Source: Octopus vulgaris | Taxonomy: Eukaryota | Assembly: GCA_951406725.2 (NCBI GenBank) | Contig: OX597826.1 | Coordinates: forward strand, 32,922,001 to 32,986,000 | Reading direction: 5' to 3' | Length of the DNA: 64,000 bases | Shown: positions 1-13,209 of the stretch, one piece after another | Layout: every line of letters begins with the position of its first letter | How positions within the stretch are numbered: the first letter of the stretch is position 1 | Translations under genes and position numbers: made by a program | The notes under the pieces: model-generated | What the model saw: only the letters and a program-made list of their open reading frames with translations | Database searches by the model: none | Told to the model about the DNA's origin: nothing

Positions 1-228
1 AATATATTCTTTTTGTGAGTTTTGAAAGTAATCAGTGAAAAGTTAATATCATTCCATAAAATAGAAATATTTGTGACATTTGGAAGTGTAAGGAGAAAAC
101 GGTTTACTTACATCTTCTCTTGGATATCAAACAATTAACTTTATCTCTATGTTTTTTGTTTTCCTTCACAAAACGTTCATTTGCCTTTGTTTTATATATG
201 CATATATGTTTGTGTGTTTGTGTGTGTG

Positions 229-297
<69 letters not shown>

Positions 298-522
298 AAG
301 AAATAAACGGTATAATTATCTAATTTATATATATATGTACGTATAGATAATATATATATATATATAGCGAGAGATAGAGAGATAGATATATATACATATA
401 TATATATGTATATATATATGCATATATATGTAAATATATAAGTATATATATATATATATCTAAGTATATGTATATATATATACTTATTTGTATACTCATA
501 TATATATAAACATACATATATG

Positions 523-562
<40 letters not shown>

Positions 563-569
563 TATACAA

Positions 570-605
<36 letters not shown>

Positions 606-809
606 ATACACACATGTATGTATATTTTTGTTTCTACACAAGTGGCATATAACCTTATCATCAGAAGGTTTCAATGGTGCGTAACCTTATCAGAAACTTT
701 CATTTGATGCTTAGTTTTATATATTTACTTCTCATTTTATTACACCAATGATAGTAAAGAGTGATCTTTTGTCTAAGTTTAAGAAACTGTTTATACTTAT
801 ACTTATGTA

Positions 810-840
<31 letters not shown>

Positions 841-878
841 GTATAGCATATATATCTGCATGTATATATGTATGTATA

Positions 879-915
<37 letters not shown>

Positions 916-998
916 TCACACATATATGTATTCATATGTCTGTGTAAATATATATATATATATATATATTCACAAATATATGTATACTTATTTCTGTG

Positions 999-1042
<44 letters not shown>

Positions 1043-1066
1043 TATGTAAATGCATATATATATATA

Positions 1067-1487
1067 TTCTTTCCTTTTATTCTTTTATGTGTTTCAGTCA
1101 TTTGACTGTGGCCATGCTGGAGCACCTCCTTTAGTCGAACAAATGAACCCCAGGACCTATGCTTTGTAAGCCAAATCCTTATTCTATCAGTCTCTTTTGC
1201 CGAACTGCTGAGTAATGGGGACGTAATCACACCAGCATTGGTTGTCAAGCGATGTTGGATGGGACAAATGCAGACACACAAACATACACACACTCAAACA
1301 CACAATCATATGTATATATATATACGACAGGCTTCTTTCATTTTCCATTTACCAATTCCACTCACAAGGTTTTGGTCAGCCCAAGGTTATTGTAGAAGAT
1401 ACTTGCCCAAGGTGCCTTGCAGTGGGACTGAACCTGGGACCATGAGGCTGGTAAGCAAGCTACTTACCACACAGCCACTCCTGCACC
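1067..1487 (-). mobile_element. tRNA-derived SINE, family A, full length
   Basis: Minus strand starts GGTGCAGGAGTGGCTGTGTGGTAAG with A-box-like TGGCTGTGTGG and B-box-like GGTTCAGTCCC. It has an internal (TA)/(TG) tract and a 3' TGACTGAAAC..TAAAAGA tail, and is colinear with about ten other copies in the window. Confidence 0.9.
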
Positions 1488-1490
1488 TAA

Positions 1491-1586
<96 letters not shown>

Positions 1587-1607
1587 CTGTATGTATTTGT
1601 ATATATG

Positions 1608-1669
<62 letters not shown>

Positions 1670-1984
1670 TACATATACATATATGTGTGTGTGTATAATT
1701 ATTTCAGTTTATCTTGTTTGTTTCTGCACCATCCTTACATCCTTAAGAGGTCTAGATCTATTTTTGTCTTATCTTTTCTCAGACGTTTTATGACTATCAA
1801 AAGTATTTAGAAGCTACTTAAAAGCAAACTCCAAACCTCCCTCTGACACCTTCTCCTCGCCCTCCTGGATTCACTCTCATGAATTGTCACTGCTTCTCTT
1901 CTTTCCCACCCAAATTGCTGTGTGGGGGCAGGCATGCCACGAATAGACCCAACGTTTCCTCTGCATTTCGTGAAAGGTGACTAA

Positions 1985-2800
1985 AAGAAGCTGAGTTAGG
2001 ATTTGCACTCCAATCTCATAAACTCTCACCATTGAACTCATGTTTTGCACTTAAGGGTATTGAGGTAGGATTGCACTCTGGTCACATAAAAACCTCTCCA
2101 ACAACCCATGTTGATGTAGCTTTGCACATAAGGGAGTTGAAGCAGGATTGCATGCCAACGTCCTAAAACTCTCACTCCAATCTCATAAAACCCTCACCAG
2201 TGACCCCATGTTGAGGTAACATTGCACTTAAGAATGTAGAGGTGTGATTGCACTCCAGCCTCATAAAACCCTCACCAGTGACCCCGTGTTGAGTTAGCTT
2301 TGCACATAAGGGGGCTGAGGTAGGATTGCACTCCAGCCTCATAAAACCCTCACCAGTGACCCCATGTTGAGGTAGCTTTGCACATAAGGAGATTGAGGTA
2401 GGATTACACTCTGGCTTCATAAAACCCTCACTAACAGCCCCCTGTTGAGGTAGCATTGCACTTAAGCGTGTTGTGGAAGGATCGCATGCCAACCTCTTAA
2501 AACCCTCACCAGTGACCCCATGTTGAGGTAGCATTGCACATAAGGGGGTTGAGGTAGGATTGCACTCCAGCCTCATAAAATCCTCACCAACAACCCTGTG
2601 TTGATGTAGCTTTGCACATAAGGGGTTGAGGCAGGATTGCACGCTGACCTCCTAAAACCCGCAGCAGTGACCCCATGCTGAGGTAGCATTGCACTTAAGG
2701 GTGTTGAAGTAGAGTGCACTCTGACCTCCTAAAACCATCACCATTAACTCTATGTTTCCTCTGCTGTCATAAAAATGACTAAAAGTGGCTGAGGTAGGAT
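1985..2800. repeat. 78-bp tandem minisatellite, about 10 diverged units
   Basis: GACCCCATG-like anchors recur at about 2202, 2280, 2358, 2436, 2514, 2592 and 2669 (78-bp period). The minus-strand ORF 2172-2642 shows the matching 26-aa period. Confidence 0.9.
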
Positions 2801-2977
2801 TTGCTCAGTGGCTTTGTAAAACCACCTCACTAACAAAAATTACCCAAACAGAACCTTGTGGGTTGCAGGGTTGATACCTGAGTAGGGAATCACCAACAAG
2901 TGGTGGGTGTAGTTACAGCACATGACCCCATGCTGCTGCCACTACTACTACAGTTACTACTGCTGCTGCTGCTGTTG

Positions 2978-3348
2978 CTGTTGAGTGAATGGTCTTCGTC
3001 ACAGAGCTCACAAGATAGGAGAAGACCAAAACGTGGTCTTTTGTTATTCGTAAGACCCACAGAAGAGAAAGCAGGTCAACCCCCAACACCAAGAGCATCG
3101 ATGGATGGCTGAATGCGTATCCAGGCTCAGCGGTTGCGTAGGAAGTCGGGGTTAAGAAACAGGAAGAAAGAGTGAGAGAAAGTTTGAGCGAAAGAGTGCA
3201 ACAGGGGTCGCCACAACCCTCTGCCAGAGCCTCGTGGAGCTTTAGGTGTTTTCGCTCAATAAACACACACAACACCCTGTCTGGGAATTGAAACCGTGAT
3301 CCTCCGACCGCGAGACCACCTCCCTAACCATTGGGCCATTGCGCCTCC
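2978..3348 (-). mobile_element. tRNA-derived SINE, family D
   Basis: Minus strand begins GGAGGCGCAATGGCCCAATGGTTAGGG...GGTTTCAATTCCC (tRNA-like A/B boxes), continues into a non-tRNA body and ends in a CAA/CAG-repeat tail. Confidence 0.75.
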
Positions 3349-3364
3349 ACCGCTGCTGCTGCTG

Positions 3365-3422
<58 letters not shown>

Positions 3423-3760
3423 CCAATAATGACCAAATCTGTGGATGGTTTAAGCAGGGCCAAACAATTATTCTGAGAAGGCACCTTTCTCAATACTTTT
3501 AGTGAATGTCTTTTTTTTTTTGTTTTTGTCCCTTTTTGGAAAGACAGAGGCATTTTAATGTGCAATCATAGAAAGTTCTGACATTGACCCAGTGACCAAA
3601 GTCCCAAGACCAGATCGATGTCATTGGCGGTCATTTCCCTGTTATCATGCCTTCAGAAAGGCATTAACATCACATGTTCCCTATGTTCTTTCATCATTAT
3701 TGCTATTGTTGTTGTTGTTGTAATTGTCATCAACATAATTCTTACTATAATCACTATCAC

Positions 3761-3803
<43 letters not shown>

Positions 3804-4101
3804 AGCAGCAGGGTTCAGATTTCTTCAAGGTCGACTGTGCCTTTCATCCTTTTGGTGGTGGCGGCGGGGTGTGTCAAAAGATTAAGTACCAGTTGAGTAC
3901 TGGGGTTGATGTAATCGATACGCTCCCTCTCCCCACAAATGTCATGTCTTATGCCTATAGTAGAAAGGTTTATTATCACCATCACCATCCCCACCACTCA
4001 TCACCATCGCATCATTTCCGCCATCATCATTCTTATGATGATGATGACGATGACAATAATGATGATGATGATCATAATTATGACAATGATGACAATGATA
4101 G

Positions 4102-4142
<41 letters not shown>

Positions 4143-4572
4143 GTGATGATGAACAATTACAAAAATGTTTGCTTCCTTGGCACAGTCAGAAAAATCATGA
4201 AAGTGTAGCAGCAGTGGTTACCAGAGGTGTGTGTGTGTGCGTGTGAGTGCATGCGCGCGTGTGTGTGTGTGTGTGTGTAATGTTAAAGCCTCACTTGTTT
4301 AATATTAAATGTCTTCAATTAGATTACACAAAGCCTCCTCATTAAGCTATCACTTGATCTGGTGAGTGGGCGAGTTGGTTGGTCAAGTACAACTATCCAA
4401 TCGTGTCTCAACAACAAGTCATTTTGCCACCTGGTGGGAAAATCAAGCACCCAGGCCACAGAAGACATAAATAGCAAATTTTTTGGTTGTCTGGCCTCTT
4501 TACCATCGTTTTAATGACGTTTGCCTACCAGATTTCAGACCACCATCATTTTCATGACAAATATTCAATATA

Positions 4573-4953
4573 GGCGCAGTAGTGGCTGTGTGGTAAGCAG
4601 CTTGTTTATCAACCACATGGTTCCGGGTTCAGTCCCACTGCGTGGCACCTTGGGCAAGTGTCTTCTACTATAGCCTCGGGCTGACCAAAGCCTTGTGAGT
4701 GGATTTGGTAGACGGAACCTGAAAGAAGCCTGTCGTATATATGTATATATATATATGTGTGTGTGTGTGTGTTTGTGTGTCTGTTTGTCCCCCTAGCATT
4801 GCTTGACAACCGATGCTGGTGTGTTTATGTTCCCCGTTACTTAGCGGTTCAGCAAAAGAGACCGATAGAATAAGTACTGGGCTTACAAAAGAATAAGTCC
4901 CGGGGTCGAGTTGCTCGATTAAAGGCGTAAAAGAAGTAAAGGAGTAAAAGAGT
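4573..4953 (+). mobile_element. SINE family A, small 3' deletion
   Basis: Colinear with the other family A copies, has the (TAAAAGAG) tail, and lacks the GTGCTCCAGCATGGCC segment. Confidence 0.9.
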
Positions 4954-5599
4954 AACTACCAATATATCCAGCGTTATCTTGGCAATTTGTTCAGCAGCTA
5001 ACTCTGCCGCCACAGCCTACTCGACATTGACTTGTCCTGTTACCAATTTCGTTGGCACCTGCTATGGACTTGTAACAGTAAGTCCAAGCTATGAACTGGA
5101 TATGTTTTCTGCCTAAGCCCCACACATCACACCGTACACATGTTTCTGAAATCCTTGCAATTTTTGTCTCACAATTAGTTAGCCTTTACTTGTTATTCAG
5201 AAAGGGTCCACAACATGTTAATATTTGATTTCTTACATTGTATGAAAAGCTGTGTTTGTATCATCCATCCCAAATAAATTCTATTTATTATTATATGGAG
5301 TCTAATCTTCCTTTTATCACAGAATACTGTTATACAACTTAAATTTAGTGGAATGCTACATGGCCATCTAATAGTTAGTATCCAGCTAATAGTTAGTATC
5401 CCGCCAACAGATAGTTGAAAAGAACAGATAGGATGGCACCGTTGGCTGCAGGCAGCAAGCTCACTATGTATGTAAAACTCACTATGCAACAAAACCTGGG
5501 CTAAAAAGAAAAATAATAATAATAATAATAATAATAATTGCAATAATAATAATGATAATAAGGTGATGATGATGATGATTATGATGATAATAATAATGG

Positions 5600-6055
5600 A
5601 TTCAAATTTAGGCACAAGGCCAGCAATTTCTGGGGAGGGGTATAATCAATTGCATTGGCTCCAGTATGTAACTGGTACTTATTTTATCGACCTCAAAAGG
5701 ATGACAGGCAAAGTTAACCTTGTTGGAATTTGAACTCAGAATGTAAAGACATATAAAATATCAGTAAGTGTTTTGCCTAGTGCAGAAATGCTGCTGCTGC
5801 TGATGATGATGATAACATAATGATGATTACACTGATGATGATAATGATAATAATAATCCTTTCTGCTATATGCACAAAGCCTGAAATTTGGAGGGAGGGA
5901 TATAGTCAATTACATCAACACCAGTACTCAACTGGTACTTAGTTTTATCTACCCTGGAAGGGTGAAAGGCAAAGTCAACCTTGGTGGAATTTGACCTCAG
6001 AATTTGAAGATGGACAAAATGCAGCTAAGCATTTCATCCGGCACAGTGATGATTC
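5600..6055 (-). mobile_element. Two SINE family B copies (about 5600-5790 and 5855-6055)
   Basis: Both share the core ACTGGTACTT..TTTATC.ACC...GAAAGGCAAAGTCAACC...GGAATTTGAACTCAGAA, and each abuts a (TAA)n tail. Confidence 0.85.
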
Positions 6056-6118
6056 ATGACAACGATGAGGATGATGATGATGATGAGGATGATGATGATG
6101 ATAATAATAATGATAATA

Positions 6119-6175
<57 letters not shown>

Positions 6176-6179
<4 letters not shown>

Positions 6180-7505
6180 GATAATAGGTATCAACACTTT
6201 AGCTGTCCCAGTTATAAGTTACAGCTACAATATCCTTAACTGGACACGAAATGAACTGTCCAAAATAGATAGGAAAACAAGAAAAATACTGACAGGATCT
6301 AGGATGCATCACCCAAAATCTGACATAGAAAGACTATATATACAACGTATAGAAGGTGGTAGAGGCCTTATACAGCTGGAAAACTACTATAAAATAACCA
6401 CCATAGGACTGCAAAAATACCTACTTCAGAAGGAAGGAAAACTGATCCAGATAGCAGCAAAACACGAGCAAAACAAAAAACTATTCTCAGTATTTAAGGA
6501 AGCTGACAAATACAAACAAGAAATCATACCACCTAATAAACACAAAGAAGAAGAAGAAGATGATGAAGAAACAACAAAAGCTATAAAACAAATGAAATCC
6601 AAACTAAAAATAGAACAGCAACGAGCCATGATAAAACGATGGCAAGAAAAACCCCTTCATGGTAAATACTGCACTAAACTAAACGCAAAAGAAATAGACA
6701 AAGAAAAATCCCAGCAATGGTTGAGAAGCTCAGGACTCAAAGCAGAAACAGAGGGATTTTTAATTGCAGCACAAGACCAAAGCCTCCCCACCAGAAATTA
6801 CCAAAAACATGTAATGAAAAGAAATATTACAAGTAACTGCAGAATATGTGGAGATGGACAAGAAACAATAAATCATATTGTCTCTAGCTGCCCAGTCCTG
6901 GCTAAGAAGGAATATATTCACAGACATGACAGAGTTGGAACCTACATACATTGGAAGCTATGCCAACATTATGGAATAACAACAGAAAAAAGATGGTATA
7001 GGCACACACCAGAAAAGGTCACAGAAAACGAGAAAGCAACCATACTCTGGGATATGCCGATACACACAGATAGAGAAATTAAGGCCAACAGACCAGATAT
7101 AGTTGTCAGAGATCATGAAGAAAAAAATGCTCTCTAATTGATGTATCAATACCGGCAGATGACAACGTGTCTCTAAAAGAAATGGAGAAACTCTCAAAAT
7201 ACAAAGACCTGGAAATAGAGGTAACTAGAATGTGGAACCTGAAAACAGAAACAATTCCTATCATAGTAGGTGCATTAGGCATGATAAAAAAATATTCAGA
7301 CAAATACATAACAAAAACACCAGGACTTACAAACACATATAACATACAGAAAATTGCACTACTAGGCACTGCACACATCCTACGCAGAACACTTTCCATA
7401 CAATAACCATCAGAGCATCACAACAAATCACAGCACATACCCAAGGCACACAGAGCTGCGCTCGGTAGTGAAGTGAAAGCACGCTATAAAAATAAAACTA
7501 CTGAA
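6176..7505 (+). mobile_element. 5'-truncated RLE-type non-LTR retrotransposon (R4/Dong-like) in a (TAA)n tract
   Basis: Encodes a post-RT region (RLYIQRIEGGRGL), a CCHC knuckle (CRICGDGQETINHIVSSC), an RHD motif and a restriction-like endonuclease (RPDIVV..LIDVSIP..EKLSKYKDL). There is a ~100-bp 3' UTR, and (TAA)n lies on both sides. Confidence 0.9.
6178..7406 (+). pseudogene. C-terminal part of the LINE ORF (zinc knuckle + RLE), one frameshift near 7121-7128
   Basis: ORFs 6004-7137 and 7167-7406 join into one frame (..RDHEEKKCSLIDVSIPADDNVSLKEMEK..) if one A is added to the A-run. The poly-D/N N-terminus of ORF 6004 is flanking microsatellite. Confidence 0.85.
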
Positions 7506-7523
7506 TAATAATAATAATAATAA

Positions 7524-7737
7524 TCCTTTTTACTATAGGTACCAAGTCAGAAATTTTGTGGAAGGGGACTAGATGATGACATCAACCCCAGAGTTTCACT
7601 GGTACTTAATTTATCGACCCTGAAAGGATGAGAGACAAAGTCGACCTCAGTGGAATTTGAACTCAGAATGTAAACAGGTGAAATATCGCTAAGCATTTCG
7701 CCCGGTGTGCTAACGATTCTGCCAGCTGGTCATCTTA
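7524..7737 (-). mobile_element. SINE family B
   Basis: Family B core and 5' end (CTAAGCATTTCGCCCGG..GATTCTGCCAGCT on the plus strand). Its TAA tail is the tract that received the LINE. Confidence 0.85.
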
Positions 7738-7746
7738 ATAACAATG

Positions 7747-7801
<55 letters not shown>

Positions 7802-8404
7802 TGATGATGATGATAATGATAATAATAATAAGTGCAACATGAACGAAATGAAACGGAAAAGCAAGAAATAAAAGAGACGAGATGTGATGACAACAGGCGC
7901 AATATTTTCTGTTTAAATATAGAAATTATTACTGTTGTAGTTGCTCTGTATTATTGTAACAGAAACAGAGGAGGTGGTGGCGCTGGTGAGGGATTGGCAG
8001 TGGTGGTGGTGATGGTGGTGTTGGTGGTGGTGTTGGTGTGTTGGGGTGATGGAATCGGTGGACATATTTGATGGAAGATAAATTAACAAGGTAAATATAT
8101 TGGACTTTATTTAATTTATGTCATATTGAGTTTGGTTTAGAAATGGTAGAGTTCTTTTTACTGCCAGAATTCTAGATTGTGTTTTATAAGAATTCTGGCA
8201 GGAACTAAAAATATCATTGATTGCTTTCACATAGGAACCTCATAAAATACATATGCATGTCAAAATATATGTGTGTGTGTATATGTGAATATCTATATCT
8301 ATATCTATCTATATATATGTGTATATATATATATAACCCATGCTAGCATGGAAAACGGACGCTAAACGATGATGATGATGATGATGATGATATATATATA
8401 AGAA

Positions 8405-8470
<66 letters not shown>

Positions 8471-9761
8471 TATATGTATGTATATATGTATGTATATATA
8501 CACATAAACATATATGTATATATATGTATGTATGTATGTATATATGTATATATATATATATCTACCCCTTGTGGGTAGTAAAGAAATATATATATCTATA
8601 TATATATAGATATACATAGACATACATATAAATAAGCATGAGTGTAAATATAGATATATTAAGGAATGTATATATGTACATGTATATAATGCATGTACAT
8701 GTGTGTATATTTATATATATGTTTGTATGTATAAATTTAGATATGTATGTGTGCGTATATGTAATACATATACACATATATAATATCTATAGATTTGTAC
8801 ACACATACATAAACGCACACACACACATACACATACACATACGCACATATACATATATGAATATATATTTGTAGATTCATGTATATTTGCATGCATATAT
8901 GTTGAGTTTATAAATGTATGTGTGTGTGTGTGTGTGTGTGTGCATTTGTGTATGTATATGAAGTGTGTCAGAAAGTTCTACAGTATGTCTAAACACATCT
9001 TAATATAAAGTGACACAAATTTTTGACATACTTAATTCAAAATCTCAAACATAGATGCTTAGACACTAATTTATATAATGCACCCCACCTCACACCCCCG
9101 CACCCACATATACATACATATATATATATATATATGTATAGACAGACAGATGGATGCATACACATACATATCTATCTATCTATCTACCTATCTATCTATC
9201 AATCAGTCTATCTGTCTATCTATCTGTTTTTCTATAAATATGTAAAAAAAGCACCATTTGAGTGTGGCTAATGCCAGTACCGACTGGCACCCGTGCTGGT
9301 GGCACGTAAAAAGCACCATTTGAGTGTGGTTGATGCCAGTGTTGACTCACTGGCTCCCATGCCATTACACTCATGGAGTTGTATGTATGTATGATGTATG
9401 TATGTATGTATGTATGTATGTATGTGTGTGTGCATGCATGCATACAGACGTGTGTATATGTATAGTAATAAGAAATGTCAAAAATATAACTGATATTTTT
9501 TTAACCTTTATCTCAATTATATTTTCAACAGAAAATTGATGCATATTCTATTAATACTGAGGAAGCCTGTCAGTTGTTTGGTGAAAGCACCCCAATTGGC
9601 TGAAGGAAACACGTGTATGTTTTATAAGTTTCAAACACAAATTATATTTTCTGTATTAATTCTAATGGAAGTGCAACCCAGAAAGGTTAAATAATTTAAA
9701 GAAAATATACATGTCTGCATGCATGTGTACATAAATGCATACAAGAAAACAAACATATATA

Positions 9762-9805
<44 letters not shown>

Positions 9806-10014
9806 TGAACAGAAACATGCATGCATACATTTATAAACAGCTTAATTCTTCACTGAAAACCTATCTGTGTTCAGATTTAGATCAGTCTCAGTTCATAAAA
9901 TGTCATCAATGATCCCAAGAATTATTCTCTTGACTTGATACCATTAATATTATCCATGTTATCTATCAGAGTTTCAAATTAGACTGAACCTTCATCTACC
10001 ATCAATATGAAATA

Positions 10015-10567
10015 TTGATTTCAAATTTTGGTACAAGGCCAGCAATTTGGGGGGATGTGGTATGTCGATTACATCAACCCCAGCGTTTAACTGGTACTTT
10101 ATTTTATTGACTATGAAAATATGTACAGCAAAGTTGACCACAGTAGAGTTTAGACTTAGAACATAAGGACGGATGAAATGCCAGCAAGCATTTAACTTGG
10201 TCTGCTAACAATTCCACCAGTTTGTGACCTTAAAATCAAGCTCGGCAGAATTAGAACTCAGAACAAAAACAAATTAAATGCCACTAAGCATTTTTTCCAG
10301 CCTGGTAAGAATTCTGCCAGCTTGTCACCTTGAACACTTCTAGAATTGTTGTTAAAAGTTTTGGCGCAAGACCAGCAATTTTAAGGGACAGAGTAAGTCA
10401 ATTAAATTGACCCCCAATGTTCAACTGTTTCTCATATTTATCGACTCCGAATGGATGAAAGGCAAAGTAGACCCTCAACTCAATCTGAACTCAGAATGTA
10501 AAGTCGGAAGAAATGCTGCAAAGAATTTTTTCCAGTGTGGTAATGGTTCTGTGAGCTTGCTGCCTTT
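10015..10567 (-). mobile_element. Three consecutive SINE family B copies (one partial)
   Basis: The GAACTCAGAA...AAGCATTT...TTCTGCCAGCTTG block recurs, ending near 10230, 10332 and 10567. Confidence 0.8.
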
Positions 10568-11894
10568 ACCGTTTCTATAATATGAATAACTTTCAGTATT
10601 CAATCTAGTAATCCCTGGATATTTCAATAAAAAAATATGACGATGATGATGATGATGTGTTGGAAGAAAATGCTCCGGGTACAAGTAATTGAAATGGTTT
10701 TCTAATACTTAACAAACAAGAATTGCTTAGTTTTCATTAAAAACTAAATATTTAACAGGGTGTAAAACTGATAATATTCTAATGTTCACTAGATTTTCTT
10801 TTATTTTGAAAACTGAAGGCATTTTACCAAAGTTAGCAAAACAAGCATTTCCCGAAAAATCTTCCAAATTTTAAAAGCTGCTTATTTTTGCTTTCACTTG
10901 ATGATTACATAGTTTTATATATTCATTTATTTATTTACTTATTCATTTATTTATATTATAGAATTATATTTGAAGAACAAATAGCTAAGAAAAAGATAAA
11001 AAAAATGAACAATTTTCAATTTTTTTTAAATGAGACATTTAACATATAAAAAAAAATAACAAAAACAATAGCAAAAAATAGATAGTTTTGGCGACATACT
11101 GTTAAATTTAAAATATTTAGTGAGCCAGAAGCAAATTGGATATGATGATAATGCGGTAAATTTTGCTCCATAATTGATTCCGCGACAAGAGTCTCGTAAC
11201 TCATATTATGTTCGGAAAATAACAACTAGAACAGCAAAGTAGATAATGATAAATAAATTTATGGAAATGACTGCAATATAGAAAATAAAATAGCAGAAAT
11301 AGAGGGGAAAAAAATGGTGAAAATTACCTTTCTCATATTCTTTCCAAATTAAAATAATGTTGCTTAATAAAACATGAATAAAATAGGATATGATCTACAG
11401 GATTCTTTCCTTCCATATAAAACTTTCCAGTAAGAAATATGTCTCATCAGCGTTTTGTTTCATTTTAACGTCTATATTTCCATGCCTGCATGGGTTAGAA
11501 GTGATTTATTGAAACAGATTTTTCTATGGCTTGATGCCCTCCCTATCACCAGACATCATGATTTTCCAAGCAAAGTAATATTTTCCTTGAATCTGGTTAT
11601 CTTTTGATGGAATTATTCCAAGCCAAAACAATGCCACTTGTTCTATGGTGATTGTATTTCTTTACAATTAGTATGTAATGTCAAAATGATAAGATAGAAA
11701 CACAAAAATACCTGTGCACACTCACATATACATGTTCATGCACACACACACATGCACACACATGTACATACATGCATACATACATACATATATACATACG
11801 TACATATATGCATGCTAGTATACATATATTCTTAGCTATCTATCTATTTATCTATCTATCTATCTAGCTAGCTATCTACTTAGAGTATTTGGGT

Positions 11895-12198
11895 CACTAT
11901 CATAAGATCATGAGTTCAATTCCTGGCGATGCATAGTGTCCTTGAGCAAGTTACTTTATTCCACGTTGCTCCAGTCCACTCAGCTGACAAAAATGAGAAG
12001 TACCTGTATTTCAAAGCCACACTTGCCACACTTGCCACACTTGTCCCACTCTGTATCACACTGAATCTCCCTGAGAATTACATTAAGAGTACATGTGTCT
12101 GTGGAGTACTCAGCCACTTGCACGTTAATTTTATGAACAAGCTGTTCCATTGATCGTATCAGCTGGGACCCTTATTGTTGTAACTGACAGAGTGCTCC
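11895..12198 (+). mobile_element. SINE family E, degenerate
   Basis: B-box-like GAGTTCAATTCC followed by GTGTCCTTGAGCAAG...TTGCTCCAGTCC. A related fragment lies at about 52675-52815. Confidence 0.55.
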
Positions 12199-13209
12199 GA
12201 TATATATATGTATATATATATATATAACTAAGTTAGGTGTTAAATAACCACCTAAGGAATATTAAATATCCAAAGAACTTACCTGTTATTTACCTGTAAA
12301 ATAACATTGCTATGAACTACTGCTCATAACAGATAAGTAAAGAAAACATAAAATTGAATTGAATTTATCATTTAATGATTAAATTATTTAATTATTAAAT
12401 TTCATCATTTTGTTTCCATTTCTAATTCATATATATATATATACACACATGTATGTATATACAAATATTACTATATATATGTACACACATATATATATAT
12501 ATGCATGCATATATGTATACATAGATATATTAGATATATATGGTTGTATGTGTATATATCATTTCCATATATATTTATGTATATTTATATATTTCATTTT
12601 GGGATTTGGTTTGCAATAGTCAAGACTATTGAAAAGGTTGCAAGACGCAACGAAAATTTCAGAAAATTAAAAAAAGAAGAAATAAGTGGAAATTTTACCA
12701 GTGAGTGTGTTAAATAATAAGGCACTAAAAGAGAATGACTCTCCCCAGACACAACAGAATATATTTATATATATTTATATATATATGTATATATATTGTA
12801 TATATAACAATGATATACTAAAATTACAGTAATTTAGGATAAACACACACACACATACGCACGTGTGTGTGTGTGTCATCATCATCGTCGTCATCATCGT
12901 TTAAAGTCCATCTTTCAAGTATGAATGGGTAGGACAGTTAACAGAAGTCAGCCAGGTAGAAAAACTACCCTAGGCTACTGTGTCTGTTTTGGCAGGGATT
13001 TTACAGTCACCAACCACTCTGCAGAGTGGAATCAGTGCTTTATACGGGGCACTAGCCCAGGTGAGGTTAGTTTTGGCATGATTTTTGTATATAAGTATAC
13101 AAAGTATCTTTGAACCATCGGGTGACATGTGCTTTGAGGAGACTTATTGAGCCAAGTAAAATCAAAAGCCAAAATCAAAATCACAATCAGAATCTCAATC
13201 AAATCGAAA

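Noticed and set aside
650-710. CTGATGA/GAAAC in a ~30-bp imperfect duplication
   Set aside because: There are no complementary stems, so it is a simple local duplication.
1985-2800. CRISPR-like periodicity
   Set aside because: The whole unit repeats with no unique spacers, there are no cas genes, and the context is eukaryotic.
3270-3348. tRNA-like sequence (also at the heads of family A copies)
   Set aside because: It has no complete cloverleaf or acceptor stem and runs into a SINE body, so it is a SINE head rather than a tRNA gene.
3674-4246. 190-aa His/Gln/Asp-rich ORF
   Set aside because: It is built from trinucleotide repeats with a SINE B fragment in the middle and has no domain.
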